This document shows positions 49,101 through 60,010 of a DNA stretch of 64,000 bases, one piece after another. Origin of the DNA: Alphaproteobacteria bacterium. GTDB taxonomy: Bacteria > Pseudomonadota > Alphaproteobacteria > UBA828. Made by a program: the position numbers and the translations under genes. The notes under the pieces are model-generated. The model had not been told where the DNA came from. It was given only the letters and a program-made list of their open reading frames with translations, and did no database searches. The DNA lies in NCBI GenBank assembly GCA_965220745.1, contig CBDCQT010000003.1, positions 96,001-160,000 on the forward strand, written 5' to 3'. Position 1 is the first letter of the stretch; every line of letters begins with the position of its first letter.

Positions 49101-49265
49101 TCAGTGAGAGTCTCGCGCTCCGCCGTCGATCTCGCCGGGGCCGTCATCCGTACCCTCGCGCCGGCGCGCATCGAAGAGCAGCGTCTTCGCCGACCAGAAG
49201 ATCCCGATCGACAGGATGAGGGTGGCGAGCGCGACCAGCAGCGGCAGTCCAAGGTCCCAAGGCAT
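49101..49265 (-). CDS. Putative 54-aa single-pass membrane protein (absent from the ORF track)
   Basis: MPWDLGLPLLVALATLILSIGIFWSAKTLLFDARRREGTDDGPGEIDGGARDSH; GC3-rich codons, one TM helix then RRR. Confidence 0.55.
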   Translation of the reverse strand: MPWDLGLPLLVALATLILSIGIFWSAKTLLFDARRREGTDDGPGEIDGGARDSH

Positions 49266-49345
49266 GGGTTGCAAGGCCTTCGATCAACGATCCTGCAGCG
49301 CTGAATAGCCAAGCGCCCCGGCCGCGTCAAGGCGGGGACATCCGC

Positions 49346-49375
49346 TTGACAGGCGAGCCAGTGCCGCCGCATGAT
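49346..49375 (+). promoter_or_regulatory. Putative sigma70 promoter of tRNA-Ala
   Basis: TTGACA-N18-CATGAT, 36 bp upstream of the tRNA. Confidence 0.45.
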
Positions 49376-49411
49376 CCGGCCCCCTTCGGCCGGGGGTCCG
49401 GCCGCCGCGTC

Positions 49412-49487
<76 letters not shown>

Positions 49488-49652
49488 TCCCTCTCTTTCA
49501 TGCATTCCCAAGGCGTCCCGAAACACCCTGAAAAATCTCCACGCGGACTATCGATTGAAGGTATCGTTTCAGCAAACGCCCCTTATACGCCAAACCTGTC
49601 GCCGACGCTGGCACCGGTGTCCTCGTTCGCGAATGCTCGCATGGTCTCTGGT

Positions 49653-50909
49653 TCAAGCGGGGCTGCCGCGCTGCTCCACCTCGATCCACAGGTTCTCCAC
49701 ACCGCGAAGGACGATACCGTCCCTGTAGCTGGGCTCGTCCGCCAGGCGGATCGACGGGAAGCGATCGAGCAGACCCCGGAAGGCGATGCGCGCCTCCAGG
49801 AGCGCCAGCGATGCGCCGAGGCAGTAGTGAATGCCGCGCCCGAATGAGAGATGGCTCTTTTCCTCGCGCCCGATGTCGAGCGCCTCGGGATTCTCGAACG
49901 CGGCAGGATCCCGGTTCGCCGCACCGAGCAGGGAAATCACCTTCTGACCCGCCCGCAGGCGCTTGCCACCCAACTCCAGGTTCTCGCGGACGACGCGGCC
50001 GTCGAGCTGGACGGGGCTGTCATAGCGCAGCAGCTCGTCGACGGCCGGCTCGAGCAGGCCGGGCTCGGCGCGCAAGCGCCGCAGTTGATCGGGATGGCGG
50101 AGCAAGGCGAGCATGCCATTGCCGATCAGGTTGCGCGTCGTCTCGTTGCCGGCCACCAGGATCAACAGCATGGTGGACAACAGCTCTTCGCGGGTCAGCT
50201 TGTCGCCTTCCTCCTCGGCCGCCAGCAGGGCGCTGACGATATCTTCCCGTGGCTCGCGCTGCCGCGCCTCCACGATGGTCTCGAAGTAGGCGAACAGGTC
50301 TTCGGTCGCACGCCGCACGCCTTCGACCTGCGCAGGGGTGAGGATCGGCTCGACGATGAGTGCGATGTCGTTGGACCAGCCTTCGAAGCGGTCCATGTCT
50401 TCTGCCGGTACGCCTAGCATCTCGGCGATCACCGTGACCGGCAGCGGGTAGCCCAGGGCGGCGATCAGGTCGAAGCGGTCTTGGCCGGCGACCGCGTCCA
50501 GAAGACGATCGGCGATCTCCTGCACCCGTCCGTGCCAGCGCGACACCGAGCGCGGCGTGAACGCCCGAGAGACCAGAGCGCGCAGCCGCGTGTGGTCCGG
50601 GGGATCGATGTCCAGCATGGTCGTCAGACCGACATCGTGAAAGCGGCGATCCTCGGCGGAGAAGCGCTTGTGATCGCGTAGCGCGGCGTCGGCGTCCTCG
50701 TAGCGGGTCAGGACCCAGGCATCGACCAGCCTCATGCGGTGGATCGGATCCCTTTCCCTCAGGCGGCGATAGACCGCGTAGGGATCTCGCGCGACCTCGT
50801 CGGAGACGGGATTGTAGGTGACACCGGACTCGAGCCGCTCGTAGGCGAGCAGCACCTGCATGGCGACGGGCTTGACGAGACTGGCGACAGCTCCCAATGC
50901 ATTGATCAT
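49653..50909 (-). CDS. Cytochrome P450
   Basis: DPPDHTRLR, AGNETT, ELLR ExxR, HLSFGRGIHYCLG heme motif; no redox partner adjacent. Confidence 0.95.
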   Translation of the reverse strand: MINALGAVASLVKPVAMQVLLAYERLESGVTYNPVSDEVARDPYAVYRRLRERDPIHRMRLVDAWVLTRYEDADAALRDHKRFSAEDRRFHDVGLTTMLDIDPPDHTRLRALVSRAFTPRSVSRWHGRVQEIADRLLDAVAGQDRFDLIAALGYPLPVTVIAEMLGVPAEDMDRFEGWSNDIALIVEPILTPAQVEGVRRATEDLFAYFETIVEARQREPREDIVSALLAAEEEGDKLTREELLSTMLLILVAGNETTRNLIGNGMLALLRHPDQLRRLRAEPGLLEPAVDELLRYDSPVQLDGRVVRENLELGGKRLRAGQKVISLLGAANRDPAAFENPEALDIGREEKSHLSFGRGIHYCLGASLALLEARIAFRGLLDRFPSIRLADEPSYRDGIVLRGVENLWIEVEQRGSPA

Positions 50910-50998
50910 CGACCATTCCCTCACCAGGTGACGACCGCTCACCCATACTAACCCAGGGCCGACTCGACGCAGGCTGAGCACGCCATCGTTGCGCGATC

Positions 50999-51145
50999 CT
51001 GTCCGCGTTCTTCGGATCGTTCGAAGGATCGCACTCGATGGATCCCGTTCTCGTGGCCGGCATGGCTCATCTCTGGTTCGTCTCGATCCACCCCTTCGAA
51101 GACGGCAACGGCAGCATTGCGCGGGCGATTGCCCGCCGCACCTTG
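50999..51145 (+). pseudogene. Fic-domain gene fragment
   Basis: DPVLVAGMAHLWFVSIHPFEDGNGSIARAIA is the Fic motif HPFxDGNGRxxR with R to S; similarity lost on both sides. Confidence 0.75.
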
Positions 51146-51344
51146 CGGTCGGATTCTGCCTCTTGGCGGCATGCGGGCACGGGAGTCGGCGGCCGCAAGG
51201 AACCATGCGCCGAGCAGCCTGCGGGGGATCGGCAGCCAGCCTTTCAGACCGGAAGCCCGACACCGCCACGATGGCTGCCGGGGGACAACCGAGTGATGCT
51301 GCAGCGGCTGCCGTGGGAGCGGCTGCGCAGGTAGCGTCCAAACT

Positions 51345-52667
<1,323 letters not shown>

Positions 52668-53684
52668 TCAGGGCTTCTCTCCGTAAAACACGGAGCGGAA
52701 ATCAGAACCGGTGGCGTGACCGACGACCCCGGCCTGATTGGCGCCCCCGAACTGCCCCACGGCGTCGTACGTCTGGGAATTGGCCGTGGTACTGCCCATG
52801 AACCGCCCGCCGGTGACCGGCATGTTGTCCCACCGCAGCGTGCCGAAGGTCGGGACGCTCTGGAGGGATAGGTCCGCCTCCGGGGCGCCCGTACCAAGTG
52901 TCACGGTGACGTTCGCAGCGCCCGTACTGATGGCCGAGCTGGACCCGTAGTAGCCGGCCCATTCGCCCGTCCATGTCGCAGCTCCGGTCGGCTGGTGTTC
53001 CGGGGCGGGATCGGGGGAAAGGTGCGGCGTCCAGGTGCCGCCCGACGACGTGTACCACGCGCTCATTTGATGTTCCGGGTGCTCGATGCCGAGAGGGACA
53101 CCATCGACGACAGCCCAAGCTCCAAGCGAGGGGGTGAACGCCGCCATGCTCGTACTCTCGCCGCCGCTTCCCACCTCCGGGTGTGCGCCCCAGGTGGCGA
53201 AGCTCTGACCAGGCGCCGGGAGGCTGACGGGGATCGTCTGACCGGGCGCGAGATCCATCGGCGTCGTCGGCCCAAGCTCCACGCCGTTGGACAGATGCAC
53301 CTCGACTCGCACGCTGCTCAGTGTGACGCCGGTAACGTTGGTTACGGTGCCGGTGAAGGCCTGGCTGGCGGCATCATAGCTCAGGATGAGGCGGGCACCT
53401 GCCCGGGTCATGTAGAAGGTGTCCCCTGGGCCGTACTGCGTGGCGGATTCCTCTCCGCCGCCCTCGCCTATATCTCCTCCTTCGCCACCCTCACCGCCCT
53501 CTCCGCCTTCGCCGTGGCCCGGGCCCTCGCCGCTCTCGCCGCCGCTGCCCTCTCGACCGGATTCGGAGGTCGATGAACAGGCCGCAAGGCCGATCACCAG
53601 CAGCACGGCCGCGACCGTGAGAAGATGCCAGAATGGCGGAAGATGGGGGATATCCCGTGTGGATGTTTGTGGTTTCTCGAGCAT
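52668..53684 (-). CDS. Lipoprotein with GGE-rich linker, Ig/FxLYD-like middle domain and TbpB-like C-terminal barrel
   Basis: LAAC lipobox; VRVEVHLSNGVELGPT; C-terminal GAATWTGEWAG...GQFGGANQAGVVG...FYGEK. Confidence 0.7.
   Translation of the reverse strand: MLEKPQTSTRDIPHLPPFWHLLTVAAVLLVIGLAACSSTSESGREGSGGESGEGPGHGEGGEGGEGGEGGDIGEGGGEESATQYGPGDTFYMTRAGARLILSYDAASQAFTGTVTNVTGVTLSSVRVEVHLSNGVELGPTTPMDLAPGQTIPVSLPAPGQSFATWGAHPEVGSGGESTSMAAFTPSLGAWAVVDGVPLGIEHPEHQMSAWYTSSGGTWTPHLSPDPAPEHQPTGAATWTGEWAGYYGSSSAISTGAANVTVTLGTGAPEADLSLQSVPTFGTLRWDNMPVTGGRFMGSTTANSQTYDAVGQFGGANQAGVVGHATGSDFRSVFYGEKP
53452..53558 (-). repeat. Low-complexity Gly/Glu repeat inside the lipoprotein
   Basis: GREGSGGESGEGPGHGEGGEGGEGGEGGDIGEGGGE, with synonymously varied codons. 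Confidence 0.7.
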
Positions 53685-54033
53685 GACAATCTCCAGTAGT
53701 CGGGGGTGCCGCCGCCAGCCTGCGCATTGGAGGGAACGGCCGCGGCCGTGGAAGGGGATCGGGGCAGTTGGCCGGACTTCCTACGTATCCGGCCGGGGTA
53801 GCTGGTGGTGAATGGTCAAAGGAGCCCCGTACCGCACCGGACACGGCGACGTCCGACGCCTGCGCCACTCATCGCGCACTCTGCAGACAGGAACGCTCAC
53901 GTCGGCCGCCATCGACGCCCGCGGTTTCCGCCGCGACGACATGACGTCGTTGTACGTTCTGACCGGTCATTACACGTCTCCCACATCGTCGCGGGTGGGA
54001 GATTAGTCCGTCCTTTAGCAGTTGTCCATTTTT

Positions 54034-54050
54034 TTGGAATTATTTTCCAT
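54034..54050. promoter_or_regulatory. AllR-type IclR operator palindrome TGGAA-N5-TTCCA in an AT-rich divergent promoter
   Basis: ttggaattattttccat; a second half-site tggaaaa near 54124; 54020-54145 is strongly AT-rich. Confidence 0.6.
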
Positions 54051-54186
54051 TATTTTTTGAAATTAAGAATATCTCGTTACTTCTGATAGTTATAATTTTT
54101 CGTTCCCTATAAATAAAATTTACTGGAAAATTTTATTTTGCTACATTTGTGCACCTCCGCTTGATTCGGAAGAGGATGCGCCTTCC

Positions 54187-55008
54187 ATGGACAGGGCCCC
54201 TCCGAAACGCTCGCGTGGCCGCCCGCGCAAGCCCGTAGCCGACGCCGACGCAGGCACGGTGCGTGCCCTCGACCGTGGACTGCAACTTCTCCGCCTTCTC
54301 GCGCGGGAACACAGGATCACGCTCTCCAACATCGCCATGCAGGCCGGGATGCCGCCATCGACCGCCCATCGATTGTTGACGACGCTTCAGAGACATCGGT
54401 TCGCCGCGTTCGACGAGGACGCGCAGGACTGGATGATCGGGGTCGAGGCGTTCCGCGTCGGCTCCGAATTCCTGAATCGGATCGATCTGGTGGAAGCGAG
54501 CCGGGACATCTTGCAGCGCCTGATGAGCGAGACCGGTGAGACCGCCAACCTTGCCATCGCCGAAGACGGAGACATGGTCTTCGTCAGCCAGGTCGAGACC
54601 CACAATCCGATCCGGGCCTTCTTCCGCCATGGCGCCCGCAGCCCGATGCATGCCTGCGGCGCCGGAAAGGCGCTGCTCGCACAGCTTGCGCAGGAGGACA
54701 TCGAGAGACTGCTTCGGAGGAAGGGATTGCCCGAGTTCACGCCCAAGACCCTTACCAAGCCACATCTCCTCTTCGCCGAGCTCGAAACCACTCGAGCCCG
54801 CGGCTGGGCCTATGATGACGAGGAACGATATGCGGGCATGCGCTGCATCGCGGCGCCCGTGTTCAATGCCTACGGCGGCACGGTGGCAGGGATTTCGGTC
54901 TCAGGCCCGACGGCCCGCTTCACCGAGCAGGTTATCTCCCTCTTCAGCACCGCGGTCTGCAAGGCTGCCGCCGATCTGACCGAACGCATCGGCGGGTCGA
55001 GAGATTGA
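54187..55008 (+). CDS. IclR-family regulator (AllR/BhcR-like)
   Basis: RGRPRK leader, VRALDRGL HTH, TGETANLA, QVETHNPIRAFF, GAGKALLA, DDEERYAGMRCIAAP. Confidence 0.92.
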   Translation: MDRAPPKRSRGRPRKPVADADAGTVRALDRGLQLLRLLAREHRITLSNIAMQAGMPPSTAHRLLTTLQRHRFAAFDEDAQDWMIGVEAFRVGSEFLNRIDLVEASRDILQRLMSETGETANLAIAEDGDMVFVSQVETHNPIRAFFRHGARSPMHACGAGKALLAQLAQEDIERLLRRKGLPEFTPKTLTKPHLLFAELETTRARGWAYDDEERYAGMRCIAAPVFNAYGGTVAGISVSGPTARFTEQVISLFSTAVCKAAADLTERIGGSRD

Positions 55009-55183
55009 GAACAGGTGGCAAGCGTGGGTGCCGCGCGTCCGGCTCGGGTAGAGCACCGCACGGTTGGTCTCGTAGGTGAATGCCAAGCCGGTGACGGTGC
55101 GAAACTCCTGGCCTGCATGGTCCTAAAGACGTTTCCAGGCCACTTCGATGTCAATAGCAGGCGTTATGTTGTTCCTCTTGGCC

Positions 55184-56011
55184 TCAGTATATGCTGAACG
55201 GGAAGTAGCGGCCGTTGATGGCCAAATAGGTGCCGTCGGCGAGGATTTCCGCGAGCGCGCGGTTCAGGTCCCGGCGCAAGGCGTCGTCTTCGTGGCGCAC
55301 CGCGAGGCCGATGCCCTCGTCGAGCCTGAGGCCGTGCCCGACGTAGCGGAAAGCAGCGCCGTCCGCACTCTGGAGCCAGGAGTACAGGCCGAGGCCGTCG
55401 CCGAGAACCGCGTCCAGGTGGGCGCCGGCGAGGTCGCCCAGCAGTTCCGACTGGCTGCGGTACAGCTTGATAGTCGCCACTTCAGCCAGATTGTCCTCAA
55501 GCCAGTCTGACGAAACTGTGGCTCGCGCGACGCCGATCGTCGTTCCGGCCGGCCGGCCGGGGTGGAAGTCTGAGTCCTTGTTCGCGATGAAACGGGCGAC
55601 GTTGCTGTAGTAGCGGTCGGTGAAGGCGACCAACTCCCGGCGCGGCTCGGTGATCGACATGCTGGCGGCGATCACGTCGAAGGTCCCGGCGCGCAGCTCG
55701 GGAATCAACGTCTCCCACTCGTGGCGCTGGAGCTCGCACTCGACGCCCATCCGCTCGCAGAGTGTCAGTGCGATATCGACGTCGAAGCCGCCGAGCTTGC
55801 CCGCATCGTCGACGTAGCTGAATGGTGGATAGTCGCCTGTGGTTGCGATGCGGAGCTTGTTCGCTGCGGCATCCGCGCTCGCTGCCATCAAAGCGAGGCC
55901 AATGACGGCCGCAACCCAACGCAGCGGTCCGACTGAAAAAGGTAGCTTCACGGCTCCATCTCTCCTGCCAGGTTCACGTTGTGCTGCCAGCGCGACCTCC
56001 ACGCTGTCCAC
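55184..56011 (-). CDS. Family 3 (polar amino acid) solute-binding protein, orphan
   Basis: YPPFSY, GFDVDIA, MSITEPR, ADGTY; true start probably downstream of 56011. Confidence 0.88.
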   Translation of the reverse strand: MDSVEVALAAQREPGRRDGAVKLPFSVGPLRWVAAVIGLALMAASADAAANKLRIATTGDYPPFSYVDDAGKLGGFDVDIALTLCERMGVECELQRHEWETLIPELRAGTFDVIAASMSITEPRRELVAFTDRYYSNVARFIANKDSDFHPGRPAGTTIGVARATVSSDWLEDNLAEVATIKLYRSQSELLGDLAGAHLDAVLGDGLGLYSWLQSADGAAFRYVGHGLRLDEGIGLAVRHEDDALRRDLNRALAEILADGTYLAINGRYFPFSIY

Positions 56012-56838
56012 TCTGGCGAGTCGTTAAGATGGTAGAACTCTACTCAATGGAGAACGATTTTACGTGCCAATACTCACGATAATGGTGCTCTTTTTGTAAA
56101 CAGCGCATGGGCTTCGTTGCCTCGCTGCGGAGTCCGCGGCATGGGCTCAGGAATTGCGATCTGGAGTCCAATCTGCGCGACGGCTGGATCTCCAAGGGCG
56201 ACGGCGTTCAAGTGGCCGCGTCAGGCTTTGATCGTCCCCGGCGGCTGTGCTCACGACTCAATTCCGATTCCGACGTGACAGGCTTGGCGTATAATTTATG
56301 AGAAAGATACTAGTTTTTCCAATATAATACGCATAATTTATTTCTATTGCCGTAAGAGTCTCATAATGAGTTTTGTGTTTCCAGATGACCTTGGCCTTGG
56401 CGGTGACGGGCACCGACATGGTCACGGTGCGCCACACCAAGCCGGACAGCAGTCGGTTGTAGGACGCGGCCAACAACGGGGCGAAGACCTCCGGTGACCA
56501 GCAGGCGCAAATGACATGCGCGAAGTGCTCCCGAGGCTCGGCACCCGGTCCATCGCCATTCCCCGACTTTCGCGCGAGAGGGGGGCGATTTCGATCCCTC
56601 GACCCTGGCCCGTTGGGTCGGCAATGTGACGGCATTGCTGGAGATCCGGGCCGGGTGCCGTCGCGCACTGCGCGCCGGAAGGGCACCCCCCGTTCGGGGA
56701 CGAAACCCCGGTCAAACTGCTCGTGCTCAGGACCGGGTCGCACGCGGTCCGAAGCCTTCTCGTCATACATGGAACGCGTGCACGGCACGGTGGCCAGGAG
56801 GCCGCCCGTCCTGGCTCCGGTGAAGGGGAGAAGACGCG

Positions 56839-57678
56839 ATGCGGACAGGACTCACGATCGCGGTGCTGGCGGGCGCGGTCGCACTCGCGGCCTGTACGCG
56901 CACGCTCGATCCTCCGACGGCAGAGGAACAGGCGCGGGAGACGCATGCGGCGATCGTGAGCGCCGCGAACACGCTGCTCATGGGCGATCGGCTCGGCTTT
57001 TTCGCAACGGACGACGCGGTGGAACGGACCAAGACAACCTGTCGGGGCGACACCTGCGCGGCCGGATTCATATCCCTGAGCGGGGCGAGCAGCTTCGGCG
57101 TCGAGGACTCGGAGCTGACGCTGCTTCGCCCGCGCCGCGGCGTGTCGCTGGTTCGCCAGGAAAGATCGGGGACCGTCCGCGGCTACGAGGCCTATGGCGG
57201 CTGGCTCGAGCACAGCCTCTTCGGCACCCGGCTGACGCGTTTCACCGAGGAGGCCGGGCCCAGCCGGGGGGCGTCGATCGTCTCCAGCTACTCACTCGGC
57301 ATTTCGACCGGGGAGAACCCCAGCGCCGAGGGCTCGGCCCGCTGGGAAGGCCTGATGCTCGGCCGCGACCTGCGCGCATCCGCCGGTCGCGGCAAGGTGA
57401 TCCGGGGAGACGCCGACGTGACAGTCGAATTCGGAGCGGCCGCGATCACGGCGGATGTCGCATTCAAAGCCATCGTCAACATCGAGACCGGCGCTGCGCA
57501 GAACGACATGGCCTGGCGCGGCATGGTTGTGGAAGATGGCGGCTTCGCCCGGCGGAACGCTCCCGACGATACCATCTCCGGTCGGTTCTACGGCCCCGGC
57601 GAGGAGGAGGTCGGGGGCGCGTTCGAGCGCGACGGCATCGCGGGCGCGTTCGGCGGGCGGCGGACGTCCGCGCTATGA
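56839..57678 (+). CDS. Surface lipoprotein with TbpB-like C-terminal beta-barrel (copy 1)
   Basis: LAAC; YGGWLEHS; GSARWEGLMLG; ISGRFYGPGEEEVGGAFERDGIAGAFGGRR. Confidence 0.82.
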   Translation: MRTGLTIAVLAGAVALAACTRTLDPPTAEEQARETHAAIVSAANTLLMGDRLGFFATDDAVERTKTTCRGDTCAAGFISLSGASSFGVEDSELTLLRPRRGVSLVRQERSGTVRGYEAYGGWLEHSLFGTRLTRFTEEAGPSRGASIVSSYSLGISTGENPSAEGSARWEGLMLGRDLRASAGRGKVIRGDADVTVEFGAAAITADVAFKAIVNIETGAAQNDMAWRGMVVEDGGFARRNAPDDTISGRFYGPGEEEVGGAFERDGIAGAFGGRRTSAL

Positions 57679-57734
57679 CCCGTTACATCCCGTTTCCGTC
57701 CTCGCCGGCGCCGGAACATCCCGGGGAGGGTCCA

Positions 57735-58586
57735 ATGAGAAGAGGGTTCCCGAGCGCGTTGGCGGCGTCTGCGGTCGCGCTGGCACTGGCGGCCTGCACT
57801 GGCTCGTCCGAGCCACCGCCGCCGACGGCGGACGAGCTGGCGCGGGCCTCCTATGCAAGGATCGCGAGCGGCGCCAATTCGTTCCTGATGGGCGATCATC
57901 TCGGCTATTTCGGAACCGACGATGCGGTCGAGCGGGTGGGCGTCAGGTGCCTGGACGATACCTGTGCGGCCGCGTTCACGCGGTTCTTCCGGTCGAGCGG
58001 AGCAACCGTTGGTATCGCAGAGCTGGACTTGCTCGGCGAGCGCCGCGGCGTGAGCCTGGTCGTGGAGGAAGCATCGACCGACAACGTGGACGCCCATGTG
58101 TACGGCGGCTGGCTCGACCACAGCCTGTTCGCCACGGAATCCGCCTTTCTCAAGAGCGACCGCTTCCCGGACCAGGGCGCGACGGTGGCATTGAGCTATT
58201 CGTTCGGCTTCTCGACGGGGGAGAATCCCCACGCTGTCGAGGGTTCGGCCCGCTGGGAAGGCCTGATGCTCGGCCGTGACGTGAGCGCCACGCCCGGCCG
58301 CGGCCGGGTGATCCGGGGCGATGCTGGCGTGACGGTGGAATTCGGTGGGACGGGCATGGCCGCCGATGTCGAATTCACCGATATTGCCAATACCGAGACC
58401 GGCGAACGGCGGGACGACATGACCTGGCGCGGCATGGCGGTTGAGGAGGGCGGCTTCGCCCGGCGCAACGCCCTCGACGATACCATCTCGGGCCGGTTCT
58501 ACGGCCCCAACGAGGAGGAGGTCGGCGGAATTTTCGAACGCGACGGCATCGCCGGGGCGTTCGGCGGCAGGCGCGCTGCCGACTGA
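57735..58586 (+). CDS. Surface lipoprotein with TbpB-like barrel (copy 2)
   Basis: ATG 57735 after GGAGG; LAAC; barrel half highly similar to copy 1. Confidence 0.82.
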   Translation: MRRGFPSALAASAVALALAACTGSSEPPPPTADELARASYARIASGANSFLMGDHLGYFGTDDAVERVGVRCLDDTCAAAFTRFFRSSGATVGIAELDLLGERRGVSLVVEEASTDNVDAHVYGGWLDHSLFATESAFLKSDRFPDQGATVALSYSFGFSTGENPHAVEGSARWEGLMLGRDVSATPGRGRVIRGDAGVTVEFGGTGMAADVEFTDIANTETGERRDDMTWRGMAVEEGGFARRNALDDTISGRFYGPNEEEVGGIFERDGIAGAFGGRRAAD

Positions 58587-58625
58587 CTACTGCCCGCCCG
58601 TCGGCGGCAACAGGAGGAGACCGAC

Positions 58626-59513
58626 ATGAGATCATTTTCTGCCTGCGGCCTGGCGATGGCCGCCGTCCTCTCGCTCGCAGCTTGCGGCGGCGATTCTGCG
58701 CCCGAACGGGCGCTCACCACCGCCGAGATTCGGGAGCTGACCGGCCTGTCGGCGCCGGTCGAGACGGCGGAGGCGCAACAGGAACGCAGCCTGGACATCT
58801 TCGCCCGCGCCGATTCCCTGATCCTGTCCACGATGCACGGGGAGACCGGCAACGCCGAGATTCCGACCTTCCGTCTCCTGACGCAGTGCAGCGGAACGCA
58901 GTGCACCGTGACCGAGCCCCTGAGCGGCGCCGTCGATACCATCGAGCTTGCCAATACGCCTCTCAGGCAGGGCGCCGCCACCGCCATCGGCTCGAAGCAC
59001 GACGTAACACTGTTGTCGGAGTCCTCGACGCATACGGGAGCGGACCTTGCGAGTCTCGGCGCATGGCTGGAGCACAGTTCGTTCGCAATCCTGAACGAAC
59101 GCCAGACGAGCGAAGAGGGCACGGTGGATGTCTGGTACGGGATCGCCGTGGGCGAGCTCACGGAAACCCCTCCGGCCGGGAGCGCAACCTGGCTCGGCAT
59201 CATGGTGGGAACGCCCGTCGACGGGGACGCGCACGGCGAGCGGCTCGTGGGGACGGCGGCGCTGAACTACGACATGGCCGTCGGCGGCCTCGATGCGGCG
59301 TTCAGCGGTATCAAGAACATCGACCGCGGGACGGCGCACGACGTTGAGACGGTGATCTTCTCCAACCTCGCGGTCGGTCCGGATGGGACCTTCGCGACCG
59401 GCGAGTCCGGCACGCGCATCCAGGGCGGCTTCTACGGCACCGGACACGCCGAGGTGGCGGGCATATTCGAACAATCCGACATCGTCGGCACCTTCGGCGC
59501 GACGCAGCAGTAG
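58626..59513 (+). CDS. Surface lipoprotein with TbpB-like barrel (copy 3, more divergent)
   Basis: LAACGG; GAWLEHS; GSATWLGIMVG; IQGGFYGTGHAEVAGIFE. Confidence 0.82.
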   Translation: MRSFSACGLAMAAVLSLAACGGDSAPERALTTAEIRELTGLSAPVETAEAQQERSLDIFARADSLILSTMHGETGNAEIPTFRLLTQCSGTQCTVTEPLSGAVDTIELANTPLRQGAATAIGSKHDVTLLSESSTHTGADLASLGAWLEHSSFAILNERQTSEEGTVDVWYGIAVGELTETPPAGSATWLGIMVGTPVDGDAHGERLVGTAALNYDMAVGGLDAAFSGIKNIDRGTAHDVETVIFSNLAVGPDGTFATGESGTRIQGGFYGTGHAEVAGIFEQSDIVGTFGATQQ

Positions 59514-59587
59514 GCGCCCGGTCCAGCGAGGCCGGCGAGGCTGTCCGGAGCGAACCGGCAGACGACCAATCGAGCGAGAACAGGAAA

Positions 59588-60010
59588 ATGAGCGCGACCT
59601 TTACACTCAATTTGGAAGCGCCGCTGGAGGAAATCGGGCGCATTCACACGGCAGTCGACATTCTGGCGGTGGCCGATGGCTGGGAGCCCAATTTCATGTT
59701 TCAGATCAGGCTCGCGCTGGAGGAGATCGGCACCAACATCGTGCAGTACGGATACGACGAAGCAGGGGAGAAGGACATCCGCATTACACTCACCTCCGAA
59801 GGCCAATCCCTCACTATGGAAATTGTCGACGACGGCAAGCCCTTCGATCCGTTCTCCGATGCACCGCCGCCCGATCTCGACTCCTCGATCGCGGACCGCC
59901 CCATAGGTGGCCTCGGCATCCATCTCGTGCGGAGGCTGGTGGACGAAGCGCACTATCGGCGCGAGGACGGCAGGAACAGGGTGGTCCTGATCAAGCGCAG
60001 GAATCCTTGA
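59588..60010 (+). CDS. RsbW-like anti-sigma factor / Ser kinase (HATPase_c)
   Basis: LALEEIGTNIVQYG, DDGKPFDP, GGLGIHLV. Confidence 0.92.
   Translation: MSATFTLNLEAPLEEIGRIHTAVDILAVADGWEPNFMFQIRLALEEIGTNIVQYGYDEAGEKDIRITLTSEGQSLTMEIVDDGKPFDPFSDAPPPDLDSSIADRPIGGLGIHLVRRLVDEAHYRREDGRNRVVLIKRRNP

Noticed and set aside
53452-53558. GGE repeat as a phase-variable DNA microsatellite
   Set aside because: Codons vary synonymously, so it is a protein-level repeat
57300-58586. Repeats between lipoprotein genes as a CRISPR array or DGR template/variable pair
   Set aside because: They are paralogous coding sequences; no regular spacers, no reverse transcriptase, and differences are not confined to adenines
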